Shown here in pieces: positions 10,189-20,306 of a stretch of 64,000 nt of DNA. How positions within the stretch are numbered: the stretch's first letter is position 1; every line of letters starts with the position of its first letter. The stretch is from contig NZ_JMCB01000032.1 in NCBI RefSeq assembly GCF_000737315.1, positions 5,792 through 69,791 of the forward strand. The letters run 5' to 3'. The DNA is from Hyalangium minutum (GTDB lineage Bacteria > Myxococcota > Myxococcia > Myxococcales > Myxococcaceae). The position numbers and the translations under genes were made by a program. A model generated the notes under the pieces. It worked only from the letters and a program-made list of their open reading frames with translations, made no database searches and was not told the origin of the DNA.

Positions 10189-11430
10189 ATGGAGAAGCGG
10201 CGCGTCGTGGTGACGGGGCTAGGCCTCATCAGCCCGTGTGGCACTGGGGTGGAGAAGAGCTGGGAAGCGCTCGTGAAGGGCCAGAGTGGGGTGGGGCCCA
10301 TCACGCTCTTCGACGCGAGCGGTCTGGACAGCCGCATCGCCGGCGAGGTGAAGGACTTCCGTCCCGAGGACTTCATCGACAAGCGGGAGCTGCGGCGCAT
10401 GGACCGCTTCGCCCAGTTCGCGGTGGGCGCGGCGGACATGGCCTTGAAGGACTCGGGCCTGGCCATCACCCCCAAGAATGCCGAGCGGACCGCGGTCATC
10501 GTCGGCTCGGGGATTGGAGGCATCGGCAGCCTCGAGGAGACCTACCGCAAGGTGCTGGAGAAGGGGCCGGATCGCATCAGCCCGTTCTTCATCCTGCAGA
10601 TGATCATCAACCTTGCGCCGGGCTACATCTCCATGCGCCACGGCATCAAGGGGCCGAGCTGGTCCTCCAACTCCGCCTGCTCCACCAGCGCCCACGCCAT
10701 CGGCGAGGCCCTCCGAGGCATCCAGCGGGGAGACTTCGACGCCGCGGTGGTGGGAGGTGCCGAGGCCCCCATCACCGTCCTGGGCGTGGGAGGCTTCGCC
10801 GCGATGAAGGCGCTGTCCACGCGGAATGACGCGCCCCAGGCCGCCAGTCGTCCCTTCGACGTGGATCGCGACGGCTTCGTGGTGGCCGAGGGCGCTGGGA
10901 TGTTGGTGCTGGAGACGTGGGAGCACGCGCGGGATCGCGGCGCCAAGGTCTACGCGGAGCTGTCGGGTTACGGTGCCAGCTCGGACGCCTACCACGTGAC
11001 GCAGCCTGCGCCCGAGCACGAGGGAGCCCAGCGCAGCATGCGGCTGGCGCTCGCGGATGCGGGGCTCCGGCCCGCGGACATCGGCTACATCAACGCCCAC
11101 GGCACGTCGACGGACATTGGGGACGCGCTGGAGATGGAGGCCATCACCCGTGTCTTTGGAGAGGCGGCCCGTCAGGTCGCCGTCTCCTCCACCAAGTCCA
11201 TGACGGGGCACATGAACGGCGCGGCGGGAGCGGCCGAGGCCGTCATCAGCGTGCTGGCGCTCCAGCGAGGAATGCTCCCACCGACGGTGAACCTCGACCG
11301 GCAGGATCCGCGCATCACCCTCGACTGCATCCCGAAGGTGGCGCGAGAGAAGCGGGTGAGCGCGGTGATGAGCAACTCTTTCGGGTTTGGCGGGACGAAC
11401 GTGTCGCTCGTGTTCCAGCGCCCGAGCTGA
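10189..11430 (+). CDS. fabF: Beta-ketoacyl-ACP synthase II
   Basis: RRVVVTGLG start; catalytic [18 protein letters not shown]; [10 protein letters not shown]. Confidence 0.93.
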   Translation: MEKRRVVVTGLGLISPCGTGVEKSWEALVKGQSGVGPITLFDASGLDSRIAGEVKDFRPEDFIDKRELRRMDRFAQFAVGAADMALKDSGLAITPKNAERTAVIVGSGIGGIGSLEETYRKVLEKGPDRISPFFILQMIINLAPGYISMRHGIKGPSWSSNSACSTSAHAIGEALRGIQRGDFDAAVVGGAEAPITVLGVGGFAAMKALSTRNDAPQAASRPFDVDRDGFVVAEGAGMLVLETWEHARDRGAKVYAELSGYGASSDAYHVTQPAPEHEGAQRSMRLALADAGLRPADIGYINAHGTSTDIGDALEMEAITRVFGEAARQVAVSSTKSMTGHMNGAAGAAEAVISVLALQRGMLPPTVNLDRQDPRITLDCIPKVAREKRVSAVMSNSFGFGGTNVSLVFQRPS

Positions 11431-11456
11431 GGTGCCTCATTCCGCGTGGGAGCGCG

Positions 11457-11741
11457 CTACTTCATCCCCATGGCCTTGAGCAGGTCTTCCCGCTGCTCCA
11501 GGAACGCCCGGAACTCGTGCTCAGGGATGCGCATGCGGGCCAGGACTTCCCGGAGGATCTCCTCCACGGTGCCGTCCTGGCGCCGCTTCAGCTCCAGCGC
11601 CGTCTTGAGCAGCACCACGCCATAGCGTGGATCGGACTCCACGGGCGGTGGGGTCCGCGCCTTGGGCCGAGCGGCCTGCTTGCGCTCCTCCAACTTCACC
11701 ACCGTCTTCGCCCGCTGACGTCCGCTCATCTCCCGACGCAC
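11457..11741 (-). CDS. Small basic hypothetical protein (start may be ATG at 11729)
   Basis: Fills gap between fabF and kinase gene; plausible helical composition. Confidence 0.6.
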   Translation of the reverse strand: MRREMSGRQRAKTVVKLEERKQAARPKARTPPPVESDPRYGVVLLKTALELKRRQDGTVEEILREVLARMRIPEHEFRAFLEQREDLLKAMGMK

Positions 11742-11841
11742 CCCGACCCACTTCGTTGGAATGGCGGGGCACCGTACGGAAACGCCCCCCGGACCGTCAA
11801 GCAGGCACGCTTCCAGAATCTGTGCTATCCGCCTGTCGCGG

Positions 11842-12489
11842 ATGGACTACCGGTACATCGTCGTGGAAGGGCCCATCGGTGTGGGCAAGACGAGCCTCTC
11901 CAACCTCCTGGCCGAGCGCTACAGAGCGCGCCGGATTCTGGAGGTGGTGGAGGAGAATCCGTTCCTCTCCAGCTTCTACACGGACCGGGCGAAGTATGCG
12001 TTCCAGACGCAGATCTTCTTCCTGCTCTCGCGCTTCCGTCAGCAGCAGGAGCTGTTCCAGCAGGACCTGTTCAGCGCCGTCACGGTGAGCGACTACCTGT
12101 TCGCCAAGGACCGCATCTTCGCCTGCCTCACGCTGGACTCGCACGAGCTGGCGCTCTACGACCGGGTGTTCGATGCGCTCGGGCCCCGGGTGACGAAGCC
12201 GGACATCGTCATCTACCTCCAGGCCCGCCTGGACGTGCTCCTGCACCGCATCAAGAAGCGCGCCCGCGAGTTCGAGCGGAAGTTCGACGCCACCTACCTC
12301 GAAGAGCTGGTGCACGCCTACAACGACTTCTTTGCTCACTACACCGACACACCGCTCCTGGTGGTGAATACCTCGGACATCGACTTCGTGAACAACGAGG
12401 CCGATCGCGAGGGCCTGATGAACGCCATCAAGAAGGCCCGCCAGGACGGCATCCACCACTACGATCCACACCCAGCCAAGCGGCCGTAA
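11842..12489 (+). CDS. Deoxynucleoside kinase
   Basis: YIVVEGPIGVGKT P-loop, E-NPFL, RIKKRAREFE lid; ATG at 11842. Confidence 0.92.
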   Translation: MDYRYIVVEGPIGVGKTSLSNLLAERYRARRILEVVEENPFLSSFYTDRAKYAFQTQIFFLLSRFRQQQELFQQDLFSAVTVSDYLFAKDRIFACLTLDSHELALYDRVFDALGPRVTKPDIVIYLQARLDVLLHRIKKRAREFERKFDATYLEELVHAYNDFFAHYTDTPLLVVNTSDIDFVNNEADREGLMNAIKKARQDGIHHYDPHPAKRP

Positions 12490-12557
12490 GGACCCGGCGT
12501 CTGCTCGTCTGCCTGAGAAGGGTTCCCCACAGGAGCCCCAAGGGCGTTAGAGTAGGG

Positions 12558-12597
12558 GCACACCTCCGGCGATCCCCCCGGGACGGCGAGAGGTGGC
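12558..12597 (+). ncRNA. Candidate cis-regulatory hairpin in panB leader (pan-motif-like)
   Basis: CACCTC-CGGCGA-TCCC-ccc-GGGA-CGGCGA-GAGGTG: paired outer and inner stems with identical CGGCGA on both arms, upstream of panB. Confidence 0.5.
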
Positions 12598-12642
12598 AAC
12601 ACCGCGGTACCCCCCAACCCTCTCCCCCACAGGAGGTGAACC

Positions 12643-13548
12643 GTGAAGGACAAGGTCACCATCCACACGCTGAAGCGACTGAAGCAGGCCGGCCAGAAGA
12701 TCTGCATGGTCACGGCCTATGACGCCACCTTTGCGCGGCTCCTCGACGAGTCCGGCGCGGATGTGCTGCTGGTCGGTGACTCACTGGGCATGGTCGTCCA
12801 GGGACATGACTCCACGCTCCCAGTGACGATGGAGCAGATGATCTACCACTCGGTGGCCGTCAATCGGGGCGCCAAGCGGGCCCATGTGGTGGGCGACATG
12901 CCCTTCATGAGCTACCAGACCTCTGTCGAGGCGGCGGTGCGCAACGCGGGCCGGCTCGTGGCCGAGGGCGGCGTGGGCAGCGTGAAGCTGGAGGGCGGCG
13001 CCGAGTTCGCCGACACCGTGGCGGCCATCACCCGCGCGAGCATCCCCGTCATGGGGCACCTGGGGCTCACCCCTCAGTCCGTGCACAAGATGGGCGGCTA
13101 CGTGGTGCAGGGCAAGGACGAGCAGGCCGCTCGCAAGATTCTTCAGGACGCGCTCGCGCTGGAGCGTGCGGGCGCCTACGCGCTGGTGCTCGAGGGCGTG
13201 CCGGTGGAACTGGCCCGGCAGATCACGCAGCGCCTGAGCATCCCCACCATCGGCATCGGTGCCGGAGTTGAGTGCGATGGGCAGGTGCTCGTCTGTTACG
13301 ACCTGCTCGGCATGAACCCGGACTTCAAGCCCAAGTTCGTGAAGCGCTACGCGGACCTGCACGGCTCCATCACCGGGGCGGCCAGCACCTTCTTCAACGA
13401 GGTGCGCGCCGGCTCCTTCCCGGACGACGATCACTCCTTCCACTCGAAGACGCTGCGGCTGGTGGCCTCCAACACGCACACTTCTTCCGAGGCGGAGCCC
13501 GCCGAGGGCGGTGAGAAGATCGGCCCCATCTACGGCGTTCCGGTCTAA
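12643..13548 (+). CDS. panB: 3-methyl-2-oxobutanoate hydroxymethyltransferase
   Basis: [34 protein letters not shown] motifs. Confidence 0.97.
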   Translation: MKDKVTIHTLKRLKQAGQKICMVTAYDATFARLLDESGADVLLVGDSLGMVVQGHDSTLPVTMEQMIYHSVAVNRGAKRAHVVGDMPFMSYQTSVEAAVRNAGRLVAEGGVGSVKLEGGAEFADTVAAITRASIPVMGHLGLTPQSVHKMGGYVVQGKDEQAARKILQDALALERAGAYALVLEGVPVELARQITQRLSIPTIGIGAGVECDGQVLVCYDLLGMNPDFKPKFVKRYADLHGSITGAASTFFNEVRAGSFPDDDHSFHSKTLRLVASNTHTSSEAEPAEGGEKIGPIYGVPV

Positions 13549-13553
13549 CCCCC

Positions 13554-14408
13554 ATGGCTCCGCAGGTTCTCCGCACTGTGGCTGAAGTCCAGGCGTGGGC
13601 GGCGGACCTGCGCCGGGCCGGGCGCCGGCTCGCGCTGGTGCCCACCATGGGCTTCCTGCACGAGGGCCACCTCTCGCTCATGCGCGAAGGGCGCAAGCGG
13701 GCGGACGGGGTGGCCACCTCCATCTTCGTCAACCCCACCCAGTTCGGTCCCAAGGAAGACCTCTCGCGCTACCCGAAGGACTTCGAGGGCGACCTGGCCA
13801 AGTGCGGCAGCGCGGGGGTGGACGTGGTCTTCGCTCCCGAGGCGAGCACCATGTACCCGCCCGGCTACGAGACGTACGTGGAGGTGACGGACGTCAGCCA
13901 GGGGCTGTGCGGCGAGCGCCGCCCCGGACACTTCCGAGGCGTGGCCACCATCGTCACCCGGCTGCTGTGCATGTTCCGGCCGGACGTGGCCCTCTTCGGC
14001 GAGAAGGACTACCAGCAGCTTCAGGTCATCAAGGCACTCAACCGGGACTTGCACCTGGGCGTGGAGATTCTGGGCATGCCCACCGTGCGCGAGCCGGATG
14101 GGCTGGCCATGAGCTCTCGCAATGCGTACCTCTCTTCTGAGGACCGGAAGCGGGCGCTTGCCATCTCGCGTGGCTTGGGAGCGGCCCAGGCGCTGTACCG
14201 CTCCGGCACCTCCGAGGCGTCAGCGCTCACCGAAGCGGTCCGTCGGGAGCTGCGCGCCGCGGATCTCCGGGAGGACTACGTGGAACTGGTGGATGCTGAA
14301 CGCCTCAAGCCTGTCGCGAGCGTCCAGCCCAGCCAGCCCGCCCGCCTGTTGGTGGCTGCCTTCTGTGGGACCACGCGGCTGATCGACAACCAGCCCATTG
14401 GAGGCTAG
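13554..14408 (+). CDS. panC: Pantoate-beta-alanine ligase
   Basis: VPTMGFLHEGH, FVNPTQF, FGEKDYQQ, GLAMSSRN, RLIDN. Confidence 0.97.
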   Translation: MAPQVLRTVAEVQAWAADLRRAGRRLALVPTMGFLHEGHLSLMREGRKRADGVATSIFVNPTQFGPKEDLSRYPKDFEGDLAKCGSAGVDVVFAPEASTMYPPGYETYVEVTDVSQGLCGERRPGHFRGVATIVTRLLCMFRPDVALFGEKDYQQLQVIKALNRDLHLGVEILGMPTVREPDGLAMSSRNAYLSSEDRKRALAISRGLGAAQALYRSGTSEASALTEAVRRELRAADLREDYVELVDAERLKPVASVQPSQPARLLVAAFCGTTRLIDNQPIGG

Positions 14409-14419
14409 GGGACGCGCGT

Positions 14420-14908
14420 ATGGCCGGTGGCAAGGCGAAGGGTGGAGTGGGAGCGCAGGAGGGCGTGAAGATCATCGCCGAGAACCGCAAGGCCCGCGCC
14501 ATGTACACCGTGGACGAGAAGGTGGAGGCGGGCCTCCAGCTCCAGGGCAGCGAGGTGAAGTCCTTGAGAGACGGCACGGCCAACCTCTCGGACGCCTACG
14601 CGCTCCCGAAGGGCACCGAGCTGTATCTTCTCAATGCCCACATTGGCACGTATAAACCCGCGAATCTCTTCACCCACGAGCCTACGCGGGGCCGTAAGCT
14701 GTTGATGCATCGTGCGGAAATCGACCGCTGGACGGCAAAGGTGAGGGAGCGGGGTTATTCCATCATCCCGCTTGTGCTGTACTTCAAAAACGGGCGAGCC
14801 AAGGTGGAGCTGGGGCTCTGCCGAGGCAAGACACACGAGGACCGGCGGCAGGACATCAAGGAACGGGAGACGAAGCGGGAGATGGAGCGAGAGTCGCGAC
14901 GCCGCTGA
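14420..14908 (+). CDS. smpB: SsrA-binding protein
   Basis: IIAENRKAR, GSEVKSLR, RKLLMHR, GK-HEDRR motifs. Confidence 0.96.
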   Translation: MAGGKAKGGVGAQEGVKIIAENRKARAMYTVDEKVEAGLQLQGSEVKSLRDGTANLSDAYALPKGTELYLLNAHIGTYKPANLFTHEPTRGRKLLMHRAEIDRWTAKVRERGYSIIPLVLYFKNGRAKVELGLCRGKTHEDRRQDIKERETKREMERESRRR

Positions 14909-14935
14909 TCGCGCCGCCCACGCCGCTGCGGACAG

Positions 14936-15445
14936 ATGGAGACAAAGGGTCCCGATAAGAAGGAACTGCTGCTGGCGGCTCTCGAGCAGGGCATGGTGAT
15001 GATTCACCTGGATGCTCGCCGCCCCGGGGTGCTCGTCCCCGCTCACCTGCGCAACGAGCACCACCTGCGGCTCAACCTCTCGTACCGGTTCGACCCTCCG
15101 GATCTCTCGGTGAGCGACTGGGGCGTTCGCTCCACGCTGAGCTTCTCGGGCACGCGCTTCACCATCGCTGTGCCCTGGTCCGCGCTGTTCGCCATCGCCA
15201 GCCATGTCACCAAAGAGCTGGCTTGGATGTACGCGGATGATCTGCCCGAGGAGATCCTCCAGCAGGCACAGGTGACGACCAAGGTGTCGACACCTGAGAT
15301 GGCTCCCGCTGCACCGCCTCCGGCCGAGGCGCGTCCGCGTGCGGTGCTCCGCGAGGTGCCCTCCGAGAAGGACGCCGAGCCGCCCGAGGGCCCACCGGAG
15401 GATCCGCCTCCGCCTCGCAAGGGCCACCTGCGCCTGGTGAAGTGA
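14936..15445 (+). CDS. sspB: SspB-like ClpXP adaptor
   Basis: LSFSG..F.I.VPW.ALFAI core, disordered linker, C-terminal HLRLVK resembling the ClpX-binding LRVVK tail. Confidence 0.75.
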   Translation: METKGPDKKELLLAALEQGMVMIHLDARRPGVLVPAHLRNEHHLRLNLSYRFDPPDLSVSDWGVRSTLSFSGTRFTIAVPWSALFAIASHVTKELAWMYADDLPEEILQQAQVTTKVSTPEMAPAAPPPAEARPRAVLREVPSEKDAEPPEGPPEDPPPPRKGHLRLVK

Positions 15446-15451
15446 GGCGGC

Positions 15452-17245
15452 TCAGCGCTGCTTCCGCAACTCCACGTCGAACTGGGCCGGAGCGTTGCCG
15501 GGGAAGGTGCTCTTCCACGGCTTGTAGCCCTTCAGGGTCAGCTCGACGGTGATCTCCTCGCCGGGCGGGTAGTTGTTGTCCATGAGCAAGGGCGTGGTGC
15601 CCTTGTCTTCTCCACCCAGCACCACCCGGGCGCCGCTGGGCTCGCTGTTGATGACCAGCGGCGGAGGCTTCGAGGGCTCGGACAGGGCACCGCGCATCGC
15701 GCGCTCGGCGCTCGGCAGCAGGCGCTGGACATGAGGCCAGGCGAAGAAACCGCCCGCTCCGAGTCCTGCCACCACGGCGAGGCGCAGCGCCCACCGGCCC
15801 CAGGGCCTGCTCGGCTTGTGCTCCCAGAACGTCTCCTCGCGGGCCTCGCGCGTCTCGAGCTCGAGCCTCTCCGCCGGGGTCTCCAGCACGCTGGGAGAGG
15901 CCAGGAGCGGCGCGTTTCCGGGCATCGTCAACTCCGAGGCGCAGGCATCGCACGGCGCGTAGGCGGAGGGCAGGGGCGAGCCGCAGCGCACGCAGCGGAA
16001 ATCCGTCGGCGGTGCGGCAGGCGCCTCGGCGGGAGCCTGGGGCGGGGGCATGGTCTTCAGGGACGGCTGCGAGGGAGACTTGAGCAGGGTTGGGGCGAGC
16101 CCCGGGGTGGGAGTGCGGGGGACGGGCCCCGGAATGGGGGCGGGGGACACGAGCCGGCCGCTGCTGCTCAGCTCCGAGCTGCCGGCAGGCAGGGCCCACT
16201 CGGAGGTGGGCTCGGGCACCCGGCGTCCTGTCTCAGGTGCGGGCGGACTTGGAGGAGGGGAAGGGGGAGCCGCGACAGCTTGCGGCGCAGCGGCCGGGGC
16301 GCGAGCGGGCTCGGAGGCCTTGGCCGCCTGGGCTTGCTCGAGGAGGGTGAGCGGCAGGTTCTGCTGCGCGAGGAAGGCGGCCAGCGTGTGAGAGGAGCCG
16401 GGCTCACCGGCTCGCGCCAGGTAGCGTCCGAGCGCTTCCGCCATGGCCTCGGGCTGAGGAAAACGAGCCTCGGGGGCCTTCTCGAGCGAGCGCATCACCA
16501 CCTCGGCCAGCGGCGCCGGCACCTCCGTGAGCGGAGGCGGAGTGCCACTGGCGATGGCCATGGCGACGATGATGGCCTCGGTCGAGGTGCTGAAGGGGTG
16601 CTGGCCGGCGAGCAGCTCGTAGAGGACGATGCCGAGGGAGAACTGATCGCTGGCGGCGGTGGCGGCGCCCCCGGTAATCACCTCGGGCGCGGCATAGGAG
16701 GGCTTGCCCTTGAAGACACCGGGCTGGGTGCCGTGGGAGACGCCCTCCAGCTTGGCGATGCCGAAGTCGGTGAGCTTCACCTCGCCCTCGCGCGAGATGA
16801 GGATGTTGGACGGGGAGATGTCGCGGTGGGCCGTGAGCACCGGACGCCCGTTGTGCGTGCGCCGGTAGGCGTGGCTGAGCCCCGCGAGCGCCTGAGCGCC
16901 AATGAAGGCCACGAGGTGTGGCGGGAGGCGGGCGTTGCGCCGCTTCAGGTGGCGGACGAGCACTCCCAGGTCCCACCCGTTGACCAGCTCCATGACGAGG
17001 AACAGGCCGGTGGCGTCATTGCCCACGTCATAGACGCTGACGAGGTTCTGGTGCTGCAGGTGGGTGGCGAGCCGGGCCTCGGCGACGAACATGCTCGCGA
17101 CGGCCTCGTCCTTGGCGAGGTACGGGAGGATGCGCTTGATGGCCACGGGCTTCTCGAAGCCCTCGGCGCCGCGGGCGATGCCCAGGAAGAGCTCGGCCAT
17201 GCCTCCCGAGGCCAGAGGCCGCACGAGCCGGTAACGTTCGTTCAC
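15452..17245 (-). CDS. Ser/Thr protein kinase with Zn-ribbon, TM helix and C-terminal PEGA-like domain
   Basis: LASGGMAE, VAIK, HRDISPSN, DFG; CVRC..CDAC; TM; INSEPSGARV. Confidence 0.92.
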   Translation of the reverse strand: MNERYRLVRPLASGGMAELFLGIARGAEGFEKPVAIKRILPYLAKDEAVASMFVAEARLATHLQHQNLVSVYDVGNDATGLFLVMELVNGWDLGVLVRHLKRRNARLPPHLVAFIGAQALAGLSHAYRRTHNGRPVLTAHRDISPSNILISREGEVKLTDFGIAKLEGVSHGTQPGVFKGKPSYAAPEVITGGAATAASDQFSLGIVLYELLAGQHPFSTSTEAIIVAMAIASGTPPPLTEVPAPLAEVVMRSLEKAPEARFPQPEAMAEALGRYLARAGEPGSSHTLAAFLAQQNLPLTLLEQAQAAKASEPARAPAAAPQAVAAPPSPPPSPPAPETGRRVPEPTSEWALPAGSSELSSSGRLVSPAPIPGPVPRTPTPGLAPTLLKSPSQPSLKTMPPPQAPAEAPAAPPTDFRCVRCGSPLPSAYAPCDACASELTMPGNAPLLASPSVLETPAERLELETREAREETFWEHKPSRPWGRWALRLAVVAGLGAGGFFAWPHVQRLLPSAERAMRGALSEPSKPPPLVINSEPSGARVVLGGEDKGTTPLLMDNNYPPGEEITVELTLKGYKPWKSTFPGNAPAQFDVELRKQR

Positions 17246-17263
17246 AGCGGGCCTCCCGAGACC

Positions 17264-17602
17264 TCAGCCCTGGGGCTGGGTGATCTCCCGCAGAAGGGGC
17301 CACGGGTAGATGCCGGTGCCGTGCCCATCGGTGAAGGTGAGGGTGAGCGCGTAGTTGCCCACCGGCTGCAGGGCCTGGATGCGGATGTCTGCGGGGACGC
17401 GGGCCGGATCCAGCGTGCGGCGGTTGGTCCACTCATCCACGCAGGCGGCGCAGGGGCACTGCTGGCGCAGCACCTGGGCGCTGGCGGAGGTGCGCGCCCC
17501 GTCCTCCCACGTGAGGCTCAGCGCCGAGGCATCCGGCGCGAGCTGGACGTCCGTGGCGGAGACGGGCTTGGGGGCGGGCTTGATGCGATCCCAGAAGCTC
17601 AA
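17264..17602 (-). CDS. DUF971/gamma-butyrobetaine hydroxylase N-terminal-like protein
   Basis: LR..CPCAAC, VGNYAL..F.DGH.TGIY.W. Confidence 0.88.
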   Translation of the reverse strand: MSFWDRIKPAPKPVSATDVQLAPDASALSLTWEDGARTSASAQVLRQQCPCAACVDEWTNRRTLDPARVPADIRIQALQPVGNYALTLTFTDGHGTGIYPWPLLREITQPQG

Positions 17603-17678
17603 CGATTCACCTTCCGAAGCCAGAGCAGCGTTGCGCGGTGTGTAGCATCCACCGGGGCCTCAGGCGAGGGACCTCGGA

Positions 17679-19385
17679 TCACGAGGCCAGCTTGACCGGC
17701 TGGCGGTGGCCCTCCAGGCGGACGCCCTTCTTCTGGAGCACGGCGCGCAGTGCCGCCACGACTTGAGGATCCAACTGGGCGCCGGTGAGCTTGTCGAGGA
17801 TCTGCATGGCCTGCTCCAGTGGCATGGCCTTCTGGTAGGGACGCGTGGAGGTGCACGCGTCGAAGGTGTCCGCGCAGGCGACGATGCGGGCCAGCATGGG
17901 GATCTCCTCGCCCTTGAGCTTGTCCGGGTAGCCGGTGCCATCCCAGCGCTCGTGGTGGCTGCGCACGCAGGAGCGCACCCCGGCGAGGAAAGTCACCGGG
18001 GCGATGATGGAGTCACCAATGGCCGGGTGCTCGCGCATGATGGCCATCTCCGCATCCGTCAGCCGGGACTGCTTGCAGAGGATGGACTCGACGATGCCGA
18101 TCTTGCCGATGTCGTGGAGGATGCCGCCGTACTGGAGCGTCTTGAGCTGGCGCTCGGGGAGGTTCAGCTCCTTGCCGATCTCCACCGCCACATCGCCCAC
18201 GCGCTGGCTGTGGCCGCGGGTGTAGGCGTCCTTCGAGTCGATGGAGTTGGCCAGCGCGACGATCGTCTCCAGGTAGCCTTGCTCGAGGCTCTCGTAGAGG
18301 CGGCGGTTCTCCATGTCGTAGGCCATGAGCTGCTTGCTCATGTAATTGAACGTCTGGGCCAGCTCGCCCAGCTCGTTCTTCTGGCGGATGTGCACCTCGG
18401 CGCCGAACTGGCCGTTGGCCAGCTCCATGGCCTGGGCGGTGAAGTTCTTCAGCGGGCGGGTGAGGTTGCGCGAGAAGGTAGCCGCCAGCACGCATGCCAC
18501 GAGGATGGCGGCGCCCAGACCCAGGAGGATGCGCTGCTCCATGGCTTCGACTTGGCGGTAGGCCTGCACCACGGGCTGCTCGGAGACGATGCCCCAGTTC
18601 ACGCCCGGCATGTGCGTATAGGCAGCGACGACGGCCTCCTTGCCCGTGCCAAAGTTGCCCACGTGGAAGTGCTCGATGTCCGGGCTCTGGGACTGGGCGA
18701 TCTGCTGGAGCAGGTGGGCCACCGGGCCCCGGTGGGAGACGTTCGTCTCACCATTGAGAGCGGTGCCTCCCGCCACGACGTGGCCGTGCTGGTCCGCCAC
18801 GTAGAAGAAGCCGCTGGAGCCCAGCCGCTCTTTCTGGATGAGCTTCTGGATGGCCGTGAGCGAGAAGTCCACGGCGATGTAGCCCTTCACCGGATCGCCC
18901 AGAGGGAAGGCCATGGTCAGCACCGGCAGTCCCTGTGGACCCTGGTGCGCCACCTCCGAGTAGCGCACGTCGGTGAGGCCCTCGATCAGCGAAAGCGCGC
19001 GGGCTTCGTGCTCGGCCACGGCGGTGGGCGGAATGTCGTTCACCGCGAAGGCCTGCAGGCCCGGCAGCCGCTCCTTCTGCGGAGAGAAGACGGTGATGGC
19101 CAGCACCTCGCGGCGCTGGATCAGCACGGAGGCCAGCAGGGCGCGCTGCTCCACCTCCGTGCGCGAGAAGAAGGCGGTGTTGGCCAGGGCCAGCACGGGC
19201 TGGGTGGGCTCGGACAGGAGCTCTCCCAGCTTGAGGCGCAGCTGCTTCACGTGCTCCTGCGCCAGCTCCTGGGCATCACGCACCAGCAGCTCACGGGTGT
19301 GGGAGACGGACAGCCAGCCCACCATCACCGTGGGGATGATGCTCGCGACCAACATCAGCAGGAGGATGGCTTTGAAGAGGCGCAC
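17679..19385 (-). CDS. Cache-HAMP-HD-GYP phosphodiesterase (PmxA-like)
   Basis: Two TM helices flanking periplasmic region, HAMP (ELGELAQTFNYM), HSQRV, HDIGK, HHERWDGTGYP. Confidence 0.9.
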   Translation of the reverse strand: MRLFKAILLLMLVASIIPTVMVGWLSVSHTRELLVRDAQELAQEHVKQLRLKLGELLSEPTQPVLALANTAFFSRTEVEQRALLASVLIQRREVLAITVFSPQKERLPGLQAFAVNDIPPTAVAEHEARALSLIEGLTDVRYSEVAHQGPQGLPVLTMAFPLGDPVKGYIAVDFSLTAIQKLIQKERLGSSGFFYVADQHGHVVAGGTALNGETNVSHRGPVAHLLQQIAQSQSPDIEHFHVGNFGTGKEAVVAAYTHMPGVNWGIVSEQPVVQAYRQVEAMEQRILLGLGAAILVACVLAATFSRNLTRPLKNFTAQAMELANGQFGAEVHIRQKNELGELAQTFNYMSKQLMAYDMENRRLYESLEQGYLETIVALANSIDSKDAYTRGHSQRVGDVAVEIGKELNLPERQLKTLQYGGILHDIGKIGIVESILCKQSRLTDAEMAIMREHPAIGDSIIAPVTFLAGVRSCVRSHHERWDGTGYPDKLKGEEIPMLARIVACADTFDACTSTRPYQKAMPLEQAMQILDKLTGAQLDPQVVAALRAVLQKKGVRLEGHRQPVKLAS

Positions 19386-19403
19386 GGTTGGTCATTCCCC
19401 GGA

Positions 19404-20306
19404 CTACTTCCAGTCGGTCTTCCCTACCTGGAGCGCCACCTTGTCCTCGACGATCTCGAAGAGCCGCTCCGTGGAGGCACTCGACTTCTGGATGTCGCTC
19501 AGTGCGCGCACCGTCCATCGATAACGGCCGGCAGGCAGCGGCGGCAACTTCCACTGCGCGGTAGGGACGGTGCTGCGCACAGGCTCCCCATTCGCGGGAA
19601 ACACTTCCACCTCATAGGACTTGGCGCCCGCCACCGCGTTCCACGCCAGCGTCACCGGCCCCAGGCCGGACTGGCCCTTGACGGGGGGGAACTTGAAGCG
19701 GAACCCATCCGTGGGTGTGCGGGGCTGCGGCGCCACGAGGACTGCCTCGGGGACCGGAGGGGCCTGTCCCTTGGCGATGCGCACCACCTCGCCCGGGTTC
19801 ACCGGCTGGGTTTTGTCCTCGGCACGCACGCGTACTGGCGGGCCCGTCTGCACGGAGACGGTGGTGGCGCCGCTCTCCTCTACCTTCACGCTGAAGGTGG
19901 ACGGCTGGCCCGCGCCCGGAGAGAGCAGGGCCCATGCGCTGTCCGCCGTCTTCGCCGCGGACACGTAGTCGGCGGCCTGGAAGTGCGTCTCGGCCTCCTG
20001 CAGCTTGGCGGAGGCCTCCTCGCGCCGGGCGGCGTTGCGATCCGCCTGGGCCACCGCCGTGCGGGCCGCGGCCAGCGCGCTCAGGGCGCGGTTGCGATCC
20101 TCCGCGGGAGGCAGCTTCAGGGTGGTGCCCGCGGGCACGGTATCGGACGTGAGCCCATTGAGCGCTCGCAGCTCACTGGCGCCCTTGGGGTCTCCGAGCG
20201 CGCGTGCGGCGACCTGGCTCAGGGTCTCGCGCTCGTTCACCACGACCTCGCGCTCCGGAGGAGGCGTGGCCGCGAGCCAGACAAGGAGGAGGAGGGCGTT
20301 GCTCAT
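19404..20306 (-). CDS. Secreted LysM-domain protein with fibronectin-III-like C-terminus
   Basis: Signal peptide; ETLSQVAARALG...LRALNGL...GTTLKLP; TLAWNAVAGAKSYEVEV. Confidence 0.82.
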   Translation of the reverse strand: MSNALLLLVWLAATPPPEREVVVNERETLSQVAARALGDPKGASELRALNGLTSDTVPAGTTLKLPPAEDRNRALSALAAARTAVAQADRNAARREEASAKLQEAETHFQAADYVSAAKTADSAWALLSPGAGQPSTFSVKVEESGATTVSVQTGPPVRVRAEDKTQPVNPGEVVRIAKGQAPPVPEAVLVAPQPRTPTDGFRFKFPPVKGQSGLGPVTLAWNAVAGAKSYEVEVFPANGEPVRSTVPTAQWKLPPLPAGRYRWTVRALSDIQKSSASTERLFEIVEDKVALQVGKTDWK

